Virus record (IMG/VR): IMGVR_UViG_3300045988_035187
DNA: 43,040 nucleotides
DNA from: a virus
Direction: 5' to 3' (one strand)
The notes beneath the pieces were generated by a model. The model did no database searches. It had not been told where the DNA came from and was given only the letters and a program-made list of their open reading frames with translations. Shown here piece by piece: positions 33,780-41,981 of this stretch. Position numbers and translations under genes: made by a program. How positions within the stretch are numbered: position 1 is the first letter of the stretch; each line of letters opens with the position of its first letter.

Positions 33780-34142
33780 TCAGCCCTCCTCGCCGTCCCA
33801 CTTCCATGCGGGGCAAAGTTTGTGCAGGTCCTCTACTGCCGCATCCCTTTCCCGTTTTACCCGTTCCAGCTCGGCCAGTACAGCATCCCGGTCTTTCTCC
33901 GCGGCGCATCCGCCCTCTGCGCAATGGCCTTTGCGGTAGTTTTCCAGCTCGGCCTGCACAGCATGGCAAACCGCCTTTTCTTTCTGATACATTTCCCGCA
34001 GCTTCTCGTTTTCGGCCTGGAGCGTGGAGAGGGCGGTCAAGCACTCCACCATATCATGAAACGTCTCCTCCGGGTTGTTCTCCACCGTACTGTACCCGTG
34101 GTAGTTATGTTTCAGCCGCTCAATCAGCTTCTCAATGTCCAT
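33780..34142 (-). CDS. Coiled-coil hypothetical protein (120 aa)
   Basis: Heptad-rich sequence. Overlapping gene chain. Confidence 0.5.
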   Translation of the reverse strand: MDIEKLIERLKHNYHGYSTVENNPEETFHDMVECLTALSTLQAENEKLREMYQKEKAVCHAVQAELENYRKGHCAEGGCAAEKDRDAVLAELERVKRERDAAVEDLHKLCPAWKWDGEEG

Positions 34143-34339
34143 CAGGTGTCTTCCTCCCCCTCCGGCTCGTAGTAAACAAAATCCGTCCCTGCATTTGGCT
34201 TATGCAGTGCCAATGCCACAGGGTCAATGCAGTTATAGCACGGGGCCTCAACGGTCATTTTGTTTTTGTGCCTGCAGGTTCTGCATGGCGGCACATCTGC
34301 TCTCTGGCCGTCTGCCCTGATTTCATAGTGCCCTTTCAT
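34142..34339 (-). CDS. Small Cys-rich protein (65 aa)
   Basis: CRTCx11CYNC. Overlaps both neighbours. Confidence 0.5.
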   Translation of the reverse strand: MKGHYEIRADGQRADVPPCRTCRHKNKMTVEAPCYNCIDPVALALHKPNAGTDFVYYEPEGEEDT

Positions 34340-34701
34340 GCTTCTCCCTCCGGCGGGCGGCGGTAGGCAGTGACTCCGTCATCTTTCATCTCATCGTTGT
34401 CGTAATATTCATTTCTGCCCCCAAGATTACTGGTGAGAATTACGCAGTTGGCCGTTTCCACCACTTCAATCAACGCCCACATTTTAAGTGGTTCATACTG
34501 ATCATCGACGATAAGATACACCGGCTCCCCGTCCATCTCCCGCAGTTCCTCCAGCGTCAGCGGCTCGTTCGGCGGGGTGAGGGTGGGCGTGAAGTAATCA
34601 CACCCATCCGTACAGAAACAGCTTGCGTCCTGCGATTCTCGGCTCGCCCACAGCGCACATACCTTTTCGTGCAGGCACTTCTTGCAATCAAACTCTGCCA
34701 T
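34336..34701 (-). CDS. Hypothetical protein (121 aa), Cys-rich N-terminus
   Basis: CKKCx6C...CFCTDGC. Confidence 0.5.
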   Translation of the reverse strand: MAEFDCKKCLHEKVCALWASRESQDASCFCTDGCDYFTPTLTPPNEPLTLEELREMDGEPVYLIVDDQYEPLKMWALIEVVETANCVILTSNLGGRNEYYDNDEMKDDGVTAYRRPPEGEA

Positions 34702-35077
34702 CTTTCAGCGCCTCCAATCTCTCCATCACCATCTGCACGGCTTCGTCCGTCATGGGTGCGCCGCAGTGGGGGCAGAAATTTTCATCTTTCACATAAAGGG
34801 CTATCGCAAATGCTTCGTGCCCACACTTTGAGCATTTAACAACAGCAAAGTGGTCTGTTTCGGTTGTATGGCTATAATTCCACTCACCCCTCCACACCTT
34901 CTCCACCTGCTCCTTACTGACGGGGCGGAGGGCGGTGAGGATAGTGTCCAATACAAGCTTGAACGACACAGCCATACCAGCCGCTATAAACGAACCTTGA
35001 CCCTCGTATTCATCGGTCAGTTCTTTAAGGCTATCATTCAAAATTTTAGCTTTTGCGATTGCTTCTTCCAGCTTCAT
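34688..35077 (-). CDS. Hypothetical protein with a C-terminal zinc ribbon
   Basis: ATG 35077 (ATGA overlap, GGAGGGAGG RBS). CSKCGx15CPHCG. Confidence 0.5.
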   Translation of the reverse strand: MKLEEAIAKAKILNDSLKELTDEYEGQGSFIAAGMAVSFKLVLDTILTALRPVSKEQVEKVWRGEWNYSHTTETDHFAVVKCSKCGHEAFAIALYVKDENFCPHCGAPMTDEAVQMVMERLEALKDGRV

Positions 35078-35325
35078 AGTTGGGCCTCCCTCTCCATCTT
35101 CTCTTTGACGGCTGACAGGATGAAATCCCGGTTCAGCACATACAGGTCCGTAATTCCGTGCTCCTTGCACATCTTGATGATCTCGTCCATGATGTAGTTT
35201 TCGATATCTTCTTTCCAGAGGACAACCGCCTGTATCGTTGCAGAGGCCACGGTGTTTCCATCCTCGTCTGTTCTGAATTGCAAGGCTGGGTCCCCAATGT
35301 CAACATATTCTCCCGGGTTCTTCAT
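35074..35325 (-). CDS. Small hypothetical protein (83 aa)
   Basis: ATG 35325, ATGA-coupled to the methyltransferase stop. Confidence 0.5.
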   Translation of the reverse strand: MKNPGEYVDIGDPALQFRTDEDGNTVASATIQAVVLWKEDIENYIMDEIIKMCKEHGITDLYVLNRDFILSAVKEKMEREAQL

Positions 35326-35831
35326 TCCATCCCCTCCAGCATCTCCATCTCCTCCAACTTCATAAAGCACGCCCAGAAAGTACGGCTTTGCTTCCCGCTG
35401 TGATGCCCAAATAGAGGCTTTTGCCCAATGGCTTTCCAAACATCCGCTGCTGGAATGTCATACTCAGACCACTTAAAGATAAGCACCCCATCCGGTTTAA
35501 GCACTCGCATACACTCCCTGAAACCGTCATGGAGCATCTTCGGCCAGCTCTCGTCCAGTTTTCCATATTTCTTGACGAGCCAAGCCGTCTCTTTCGCCCC
35601 AGTCAGATGGGGCGGGTCAAATACCACCAGATGGAATGAGTTATCTGTGAACGGCAGGTTTGTAAAATCACATACCACATCAGGATTGATGTCCAGCATA
35701 CAGTTACCGGCGTTCTTCCAAAGATGATGGTACTGCTCCCGACGCTTATCACAGTAGACCGCCGCCGGGTGGTGCTTATTGAACCAGATAGACCTTGCCC
35801 CACAGGTCACATCAAGAATTTTCTTTTCCAT
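35322..35831 (-). CDS. SAM-dependent DNA methyltransferase (DPPH motif)
   Basis: ILDVTCGARS (motif I-like) and VVFDPPHL (motif IV, N6A/N4C type). 169 aa. Confidence 0.75.
   Translation of the reverse strand: MEKKILDVTCGARSIWFNKHHPAAVYCDKRREQYHHLWKNAGNCMLDINPDVVCDFTNLPFTDNSFHLVVFDPPHLTGAKETAWLVKKYGKLDESWPKMLHDGFRECMRVLKPDGVLIFKWSEYDIPAADVWKAIGQKPLFGHHSGKQSRTFWACFMKLEEMEMLEGME
35338..35355. repeat. 18-bp direct repeat AGCATCTCCATCTCCTCC, copy 1
   Basis: Identical copy at 35834-35851. Together the copies bracket the methyltransferase gene. Confidence 0.9.
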
Positions 35832-36099
35832 TGAGCATCTCCATCTCCTCCGCGCTCAGAATCGCCGCCCGGGTGTTCCAGGCGAGGCGGGCTTCGTGTT
35901 CCGTCTTATACCATCCGCTGTTCGTAAAGCATTTCATGCAGATCACATTTCTGCGGACATTTGGCTGATAGTAGCGTTCGTTCCGCACTCTTGCCTGTCC
36001 TTCGCACATAGGACACGGCAGCAACACCCCCGCATCTGTCAGCCGCTTGGCCGCTTCATGGTCGCCCAGCAGGGCGCGTTTTTCGTCGCTCAAAACCAT
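35812..36099 (-). CDS. lar: Lar-family restriction alleviation protein
   Basis: CPMCEG...CMKC...EARLAWNTRA matches the Lar zinc-ribbon plus AWNxR signature. Confidence 0.7.
   Translation of the reverse strand: MVLSDEKRALLGDHEAAKRLTDAGVLLPCPMCEGQARVRNERYYQPNVRRNVICMKCFTNSGWYKTEHEARLAWNTRAAILSAEEMEMLNGKENS
35834..35851. repeat. 18-bp direct repeat AGCATCTCCATCTCCTCC, copy 2
   Basis: Lies in the 3' end of the Lar-like gene, 3 nt upstream of the methyltransferase start. Confidence 0.9.
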
Positions 36100-36863
36100 C
36101 TATAGTTCAGCTCCTCATTTAGCATTGACCATCGGAAAATTTTATCGTCTTGGTAGATCAGCCCATCGTCCTCCATCTGGAAGCGCCGGTCAAAGTCGTG
36201 TACGGTATGGCCGTCCGCCTTGAACGTCACCGGGCTGTCACTGTCCCATTTCAGCATGAGCGCCCACAGCTCCGGGTAGTTCCTGCGGAGTAGCCGAAGC
36301 TGCCCCACGCTCTGATTATGGCAGAACCAGCAGCCTCCCCTCGTGGCTGTTGTGTAGATTGGAGACAGTAGGTCTTGGCCCTCGCACCAGCAGCGGCAAT
36401 CAGCTTCCGTCCAGCCCGCCTCTACAAGAGGACTTCTCTTTTTGTCAGATAGGCTGTGAAAGCGGTTCGGCTCGTCGACGGCGATGCCCAAGTATATGAT
36501 ATTGCCCTTTGTCTCGACCTTATCTAGCCCCGGCATTTTCACGTCGCTGTTACAGTAAGGCCCACTAGGGAACGGCCATCCGTAGATTTCTCCCGGCCGC
36601 TTGTTCCCTCCCAATACCCGGTAAAATGCTTGCTCGTATGTAAGCCGCCCTCGGACATGCTCCACCTCAATCCCCCACCGCTCCCGGATAATCTTGTCCG
36701 CCTTTTCCTTAAATTCCACCATCGGCGGAAGATCGGCTGGGATGGTGTCGGTGGCCCATACTTCTGCGTGGACGATGCGGTCAAGGGGCCAGCTCAGCTG
36801 TTCGATGGCCCCTAAACATGCGAGACTATCTTTTCCGTAAGATAGGGATAAAATATATTCCAT
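36090..36863 (-). CDS. PAPS reductase / PP-loop ATP pyrophosphatase family protein
   Basis: LSYGKDS PP-loop near the N-terminus. 257 aa. C-terminal Cys cluster GGCWFC. Confidence 0.75.
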   Translation of the reverse strand: MEYILSLSYGKDSLACLGAIEQLSWPLDRIVHAEVWATDTIPADLPPMVEFKEKADKIIRERWGIEVEHVRGRLTYEQAFYRVLGGNKRPGEIYGWPFPSGPYCNSDVKMPGLDKVETKGNIIYLGIAVDEPNRFHSLSDKKRSPLVEAGWTEADCRCWCEGQDLLSPIYTTATRGGCWFCHNQSVGQLRLLRRNYPELWALMLKWDSDSPVTFKADGHTVHDFDRRFQMEDDGLIYQDDKIFRWSMLNEELNYRWF

Positions 36864-36919
36864 AGGCGTTCCTCCACGTCTGGAGGTGGCCGGCCTTTAA
36901 AACGTTGCCTCCTATGGTT

Positions 36920-37141
36920 TTATTTAAAATTTGGGCAGCTCTCGATGGCGTATGTAGTCACCCAATGCTTTACACCGCCCTGGCATCTGCCGACAACAAA
37001 CGTCCGTTTCTTGGCCGTCCAGCCCGGTACTGGCTTTTCCTCACGCAGCCAGGGACACTGGCTGATCGGACAGCAGCAATCCATGCAGGGGTTGGCTGAA
37101 TACCGCCGGATGGGGACCAGATATTGTTCAAGTTCGCCCAT
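36920..37141 (-). CDS. Cys-rich small protein (73 aa)
   Basis: CMDCCCPISQC. GGTGGAGG RBS. Confidence 0.5.
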   Translation of the reverse strand: MGELEQYLVPIRRYSANPCMDCCCPISQCPWLREEKPVPGWTAKKRTFVVGRCQGGVKHWVTTYAIESCPNFK

Positions 37142-37508
37142 AGGGCCTTACCTCCACCTGTATGCTATCGTTTTCCCAAAATTCGTGAGAAACTTTCCGC
37201 ACCCATTCCCGGTTGTCGTCCGGCAGTATGTAGCCTTTCATGGCGTCTAAAAATGCCTTGCCCATGGCGGCGTGATTGTCCACGTCCAGGCCATCGTTCC
37301 AGCGAAAAATGACTTCGACAGGGCCTTTGACGAACTGTTTTCGGATATGTGCCTTTTTCATGGACCACAGCGCCAGAGAGTGGAGTTCTTCTGCGTCCCG
37401 CTTCCGCTGCGACCAATGTTTCCCGGCATAATACGCATTCAGGCCAAACCGCTTGTTCCAGGCCGCTTTTCCCCTTTTGGTGGGCGGATACGGAATTTCA
37501 AAAATCAA
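37128..37508 (-). CDS. rusA: RusA-family Holliday junction resolvase
   Basis: 126 aa. LDVDNHAAMGKAFLDAMKGYILPDD matches the RusA D-x-D-N...K..lD pattern. TTG start after AAGGAGG. Confidence 0.75.
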   Translation of the reverse strand: MIFEIPYPPTKRGKAAWNKRFGLNAYYAGKHWSQRKRDAEELHSLALWSMKKAHIRKQFVKGPVEVIFRWNDGLDVDNHAAMGKAFLDAMKGYILPDDNREWVRKVSHEFWENDSIQVEVRPYGRT

Positions 37509-37630
37509 ATCCCCATCCTCCTTGCCAGCTCTTTCAGGGCTGCCTCGTATTCGTCCGGCGGCAATCCCTGGAGCTTTTTCTTCTCCCGCTCATAGGCGGT
37601 CCAGTCAGCGTTCCCAGCCGTAGACTCCAT
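37505..37630 (-). CDS. 41-aa peptide (MESTAGNADWTAYEREKKKLQGLPPDEYEAALKELARRMGI)
   Basis: Below the track cutoff. TTGA overlap with the rusA start. Confidence 0.4.
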   Translation of the reverse strand: MESTAGNADWTAYEREKKKLQGLPPDEYEAALKELARRMGI

Positions 37631-38870
37631 CGCTTTCTCCCTTCTTTGTGTACCGGCGGCACCGGGCGTCATAGACCAGCTGTATGTTGGCTGTGGAGCC
37701 GTAGGACCGGTTCTTTAGGATGCTCAGCCCGGCGTCATACCCATAGGCCGCGATATCCTTTTCTTCCATCCGTTCCAGCGAAAAGGCGTTGTCCGCCCGG
37801 TTTGTGATGTCCGCCGACCCGCCGATGTCGTCCGCGGTCAGCAGCTTCTTTTTGTCGTTGTCGCCCTTCCGGGGGTGTGCTACCAGATGCACGTGCACCT
37901 CGTTTTTCTTGGCGAACTCCACCAGCCGCCCCGTGAACCGGCTCTGCGCCCGATAGAAGTCCTTGTCGCTCTGGTCGCTGAATCGGGCGGTCATCAGATT
38001 GTCCACAAGGAATACACAGCAGCCGAACCGGCGAATAGCATACTCGAACACGGAAATGATACTGTCCTCGTCCCCAGCACCAGCCACCCGGTTGTCGTAC
38101 AGGAAAAACTTTCCCTTCCACCAACCGTCGATCCGGTCCGCGATCTCCTTCGGCGTGTAGTAATACAGCTTCCCGGACACCGGGTCCCGCTTCGGCTCGA
38201 TATGCCCGGCCCCGGCGGCCTGCAGCATAGCCCACTGCTTGAAGCGCCAGGCCGACAGCTCCCCGGAGTAGGCGCAGACCGGGAAGCCCTGGTCGATGGC
38301 GTTTAGAAGCAGCTGGGACAGCAGCGTGGACTTGCCGCTGCCGCGCTTTCCAGTCCACACGGACAGCTCCGATGGGGCAAAGCCTCCGATGGACTGGTCC
38401 AGTGCTTTTAGACCGGACATGACGGCGACGGATGCGCCGGGGTCCCTCCGCTCCACGTCCGCCAGGTCCAGCAGGCCGTCCATGGGCTGTTCCACGGCGC
38501 CCAGCAACAGATGATCCACGGCCTTTCTCCCGCCGGAAGCCAGCACGTCCCGGATACGGGAACATTTCCCGAAGGCCCCTTCCTTCGGCAGCAGCACGGC
38601 CACAGATGGCGTGTATTCTTTGAGGGCGTCCGCCACGGCTTCCGCCGTATCACGGTCGGACAGAGCCAGAAACACAGATGGGAAGGCACTCAGAAACGGC
38701 TCCGCATCCCGGAAGTTCTCAAAGCCCGCTCCGTAGGCAAGGCAAACGGCGTTCTGGTTGTCCAGGGCTGTCACATCCTGGGCGTCCGCCACAAACCACA
38801 ACGCTTTCCGCGTGTCCATGGCGGTCTCATCGTAGAGCAGCCAGGCGGAGACATCAGGTAAACTTGGCAT
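37605..38870 (-). CDS. DnaB-family replicative helicase with an N-terminal Toprim-like region
   Basis: Walker A GKRGSGKST, Walker B VFLVDNLM, HVHLVAHPRK. ATG 38870 after GGGGAGGAGGA. Confidence 0.8.
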   Translation of the reverse strand: MPSLPDVSAWLLYDETAMDTRKALWFVADAQDVTALDNQNAVCLAYGAGFENFRDAEPFLSAFPSVFLALSDRDTAEAVADALKEYTPSVAVLLPKEGAFGKCSRIRDVLASGGRKAVDHLLLGAVEQPMDGLLDLADVERRDPGASVAVMSGLKALDQSIGGFAPSELSVWTGKRGSGKSTLLSQLLLNAIDQGFPVCAYSGELSAWRFKQWAMLQAAGAGHIEPKRDPVSGKLYYYTPKEIADRIDGWWKGKFFLYDNRVAGAGDEDSIISVFEYAIRRFGCCVFLVDNLMTARFSDQSDKDFYRAQSRFTGRLVEFAKKNEVHVHLVAHPRKGDNDKKKLLTADDIGGSADITNRADNAFSLERMEEKDIAAYGYDAGLSILKNRSYGSTANIQLVYDARCRRYTKKGESDGVYGWER

Positions 38871-39486
38871 ACGGGTCCTCCTCCCCGGCCAATGGTTCGT
38901 CATCCCAGCAACCGCCATCCAGCCACTTTGACGGGCTTGGAAAATACCTTGCGTTCTCCCCGGAATACTGCGGCCACAGCTTTTGCTGTTTCACAGCCTC
39001 CAGAATCCGCTTTACCTTCCCTTCATCCGGGTCTACCCGCTTCCAAGCGTCAAAAGCGTCTTTCTTGGCTGACTTTTTGGGATAAACATCCCAAAACTGG
39101 TCAAACCCCCAATAGTTTTTGGCAGCCCCTTCCGTTGCAGAGGGGGTAGGGGGTATATAACTATCGTTCTGATTCTCTTCCTCTCTCTCTACCTCACCCT
39201 CTACCTCTATCTCTCCCTCTATATTGCTTTCCGTTTGCTTCCGGTTTGCTTTCGGTTTGCTTCCGCCTCGCTTCCCGTTTGCTGCCTTTTTGCTTGCTTT
39301 GTCAAGTATCGGTTTTACAAGCAAAAAGGAAGCGGATGCCTGTCCTGTTAATGGCTTGCTTTCTCCCTCGAACACATAAGTACAAATCGCCGTCACAAAG
39401 GGAAGCTGGTCCTTCTTCGGAAGCACTTTTAACGCCTCCCAGAAGCTGCGGTAAAAGGTAAATTGGTCACGTTCCAAGCAGTTCAC
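38854..39486 (-). CDS. Replisome organizer / replication initiator-like protein
   Basis: N-terminal FTFYRSFWEALKVLP motif, acidic and basic low-complexity linker, C-terminal W-rich domain. Contains an iteron array. Confidence 0.6.
   Translation of the reverse strand: MNCLERDQFTFYRSFWEALKVLPKKDQLPFVTAICTYVFEGESKPLTGQASASFLLVKPILDKASKKAANGKRGGSKPKANRKQTESNIEGEIEVEGEVEREEENQNDSYIPPTPSATEGAAKNYWGFDQFWDVYPKKSAKKDAFDAWKRVDPDEGKVKRILEAVKQQKLWPQYSGENARYFPSPSKWLDGGCWDDEPLAGEEDPYAKFT
39223..39299. repeat. Seven tandem 11-bp units (consensus TTTGCTTCCGG): candidate replication-origin iterons
   Basis: The 11-bp period is not a multiple of 3, so the periodicity is at the DNA level. Lies inside the initiator-like gene. 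Confidence 0.55.
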
Positions 39487-40136
39487 CCGCCTTTTCCCTG
39501 GTGCTGATGCAGGAAAATATATTGACTATTCGGCCCCATCTGCTGGTATAGCCATTCCTCAGCTTGCTCCTTGCTCAAATGGTTCTGTGCGGCGGCCCAC
39601 TCATAGGAGAACTCTCCGGCGGCTCGCTTGGCCTCCATACGGGCCTCCAGATCGGCTCTTGTGTGGTTCGCCTCTATCATGTAGAGGTCGTAACTCTTGG
39701 CCTCAATGCCCTCCAGCGTGCCGGTGTCCGTGGCGTAGAAAAGGTGTTCTTTCCCATCGAAGATGTGCCATGCGCAGTTCGGAACGTTGTGAGGAATGAA
39801 CTCCGGCCGTACAACAGCCAAACCTTTGTATAAAGCTGCATCATCTGAGTTGTATGGGGATATCACATCAACTCGGCGCTTGTCCACCCCGGCCTCCAGC
39901 AGCGGCCCGACCATCCACTCGCAGCACCCCCATCGGAGGGCGGGGCGCTCTTTTGAAAGTGCCCGCGCCGTCCGGGGGTTAAAATGGTCGCTGTGGATGT
40001 GGGTCAGTAAAACCAGCCGCAGGTCTTTCTTGACCGGTTCCAGGGCCTTGAAGGGTACGCCGCAGTCAATCAGAATTCGGCCGTTAATCACCACGGCGTT
40101 CCCCTTAGAGCCGGTGGAGATGATGTTATAGGTCAT
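39483..40136 (-). CDS. MBL-fold metallo-hydrolase
   Basis: THIHSDH (HxHxDH) motif. 217 aa. Adjacent to recT. Confidence 0.8.
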   Translation of the reverse strand: MTYNIISTGSKGNAVVINGRILIDCGVPFKALEPVKKDLRLVLLTHIHSDHFNPRTARALSKERPALRWGCCEWMVGPLLEAGVDKRRVDVISPYNSDDAALYKGLAVVRPEFIPHNVPNCAWHIFDGKEHLFYATDTGTLEGIEAKSYDLYMIEANHTRADLEARMEAKRAAGEFSYEWAAAQNHLSKEQAEEWLYQQMGPNSQYIFLHQHQGKGG

Positions 40137-41007
40137 CGAGGTTTACCTGTTCATTGCCGCCGTCTCCAGTCGCGCTATCAGCATTGCTCTCGGAACCTGA
40201 TTTCTCCGGCTTAACAGAGGAGGCAATGGACATATCGAAATACTGTTCGACACTGGCCGAACCATCCCGGATAGCGTTGTAGACATTCTTGAGGCGAATA
40301 ACACTTTGCTGCGAGAACGCTTCTTTCTTGCAGCCGATGTAAGCTTCCAGCATCTCCGCTGTCACGCCGTACTGCTCCTGAAAGTTCTTCACAAGCGCTC
40401 TCACCATGTCCACCAGCGGCATCTTCGCATTTCCAGTGAGAGTCACATTGCACTGGCCGACTGCTGCATCAACCACATCGCCGGGAATGACCGAGAGGAT
40501 GCAGGCGCGTTCGCGGCGGGCAGCTTGATTGGCTACCATCTCATAGATATCTCGGGGGTCCGTGAGGGGATAGGCCCCCCTCTTTGTCTCTCGAATATGC
40601 GGAACGTCGAATACCTTTGTTTCCCGGTAGTTGGCCTCCAAATCCCAGCAGTATGCCATAACGGTGGATTTCTTTGCTGTCTGCTCCAGTACCTTGAAAC
40701 CGGCATCTACATTTCCCCAGCCTCTTGCCAGGGTACGGGCCAGATGGATAGATGGTCCGGTGATGACCTGTCCTCCGCGCGGATATTCGTACATGGCCTT
40801 CTCCGCAAGACTGGTGCGCTGGCAATCTTGCAGGATTCGGTTGTAGGCGGCGACTTCGTCACGGGGGAACTTCTTGGCGGCAATCATAGCCACTTGGACC
40901 TCCTGCGCCTCCCGACTGGCCGCCATTTCCGCCCCAACAGGGCGGGCCACGTTGTTCTTCCCCTCAAACTCTGCGATAGCTGCAGTATTCTTGGTCTCGT
41001 TACTCAT
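40126..41007 (-). CDS. recT: RecT-family single-strand annealing recombinase
   Basis: 293 aa. Core YPRGGQVITGPSIHLARTLARGWGN is typical of RecT-like proteins. Synteny with the DUF1351-like gene. Confidence 0.7.
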   Translation of the reverse strand: MSNETKNTAAIAEFEGKNNVARPVGAEMAASREAQEVQVAMIAAKKFPRDEVAAYNRILQDCQRTSLAEKAMYEYPRGGQVITGPSIHLARTLARGWGNVDAGFKVLEQTAKKSTVMAYCWDLEANYRETKVFDVPHIRETKRGAYPLTDPRDIYEMVANQAARRERACILSVIPGDVVDAAVGQCNVTLTGNAKMPLVDMVRALVKNFQEQYGVTAEMLEAYIGCKKEAFSQQSVIRLKNVYNAIRDGSASVEQYFDMSIASSVKPEKSGSESNADSATGDGGNEQVNLDDL

Positions 41008-41821
41008 AGCGGATGCCCTCCTGAATCATAAAATCTTTCAGCTTTTTCAGCTGCGTTTTGGTGGCAACGACGGAGAAGGAACAACGGTAGACCTTCTCAG
41101 ACTCCACAGGAGGCTCTGTGACCGGAGGCGCAGCGGCCTCCACTTTCGCCACTGCCTCAGCCTCCCGCGCTCTCTGCTCCTCTCGGAGCGCCTGGGCCTC
41201 CTTCTCCGCCTCAATGCGCCGGTGCCGCTCCTGCACAGTGGAGATGGCTGCCGGAGCATCCAGCGACCGCTTGAACTCCACCATGATCTCCTCAGCATCG
41301 TCCATACCGGAAATCAGTTCCATGTTTCGTGCGATTCCGGCCACGAAATCCGCTAACTTTTCCCGCAGCTTTTTGGGCGTTTTCTGCTTGGCGGACGCCA
41401 TATCCACAACAATACCAGCCTGCTCATACCGGGCAAAATCCACTCTTTCGGCGGCGCACAGCTCTGCGAAATACTCCCGCAGGCCGTCCTCGCAGCGCTG
41501 CTTGATTTCGCGCTCGGTGGCCTCCACCTTGCCTTTTAATGCCGCGTCCGCTGTCTTAAAGGCGTCGCTGACGCACTCTTTGTAGACAGCCTCAAACCGT
41601 TCATAGGGGCCAAGCACGGCCTTTTTGACTTCTTTGCGCTGTTCCTCCAACGCCTGAAACTCCTTATTCAGTTCCGCCCGGGCGCTTTTTACAGTTTGGA
41701 TAGTTTCTTCTGTGCATACCAGGGACAGCGCCTCCTCTACGCGCTTGTCCACGGCCTCTTTCATAGATCGCAGCTGCTCCTCTATAACTGGGAGCTGCAC
41801 GACCTTAATCAGTTCGTTCAT
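41000..41821 (-). CDS. DUF1351-like protein (recT-associated)
   Basis: Start set to ATG 41821 after AAGGAGGAA. MNELIKVVQLPVIEEQL N-terminus as in DUF1351 phage proteins. Confidence 0.55.
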   Translation of the reverse strand: MNELIKVVQLPVIEEQLRSMKEAVDKRVEEALSLVCTEETIQTVKSARAELNKEFQALEEQRKEVKKAVLGPYERFEAVYKECVSDAFKTADAALKGKVEATEREIKQRCEDGLREYFAELCAAERVDFARYEQAGIVVDMASAKQKTPKKLREKLADFVAGIARNMELISGMDDAEEIMVEFKRSLDAPAAISTVQERHRRIEAEKEAQALREEQRAREAEAVAKVEAAAPPVTEPPVESEKVYRCSFSVVATKTQLKKLKDFMIQEGIRYE

Positions 41822-41969
41822 CGGTTTCCTCCTTGAAATACGGCAGAAAACAGATTGGGCAAACAACTTTCTTGTGCTTTTCCCGGTTTCCATCCCAATC
41901 AATAATTTCTGCGCTGATTTTTATAAACGGTTGGTCAAAAGATGCTCCGCAGGTTTCACAGCGGTACAT
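41805..41969 (-). CDS. 54-aa zinc-ribbon peptide
   Basis: MYRCETCG...CPICF. GAGGGGAG RBS. Below the track cutoff. Confidence 0.45.
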   Translation of the reverse strand: MYRCETCGASFDQPFIKISAEIIDWDGNREKHKKVVCPICFLPYFKEETDERTD

Positions 41970-41981
41970 ATCGATCTCCCC

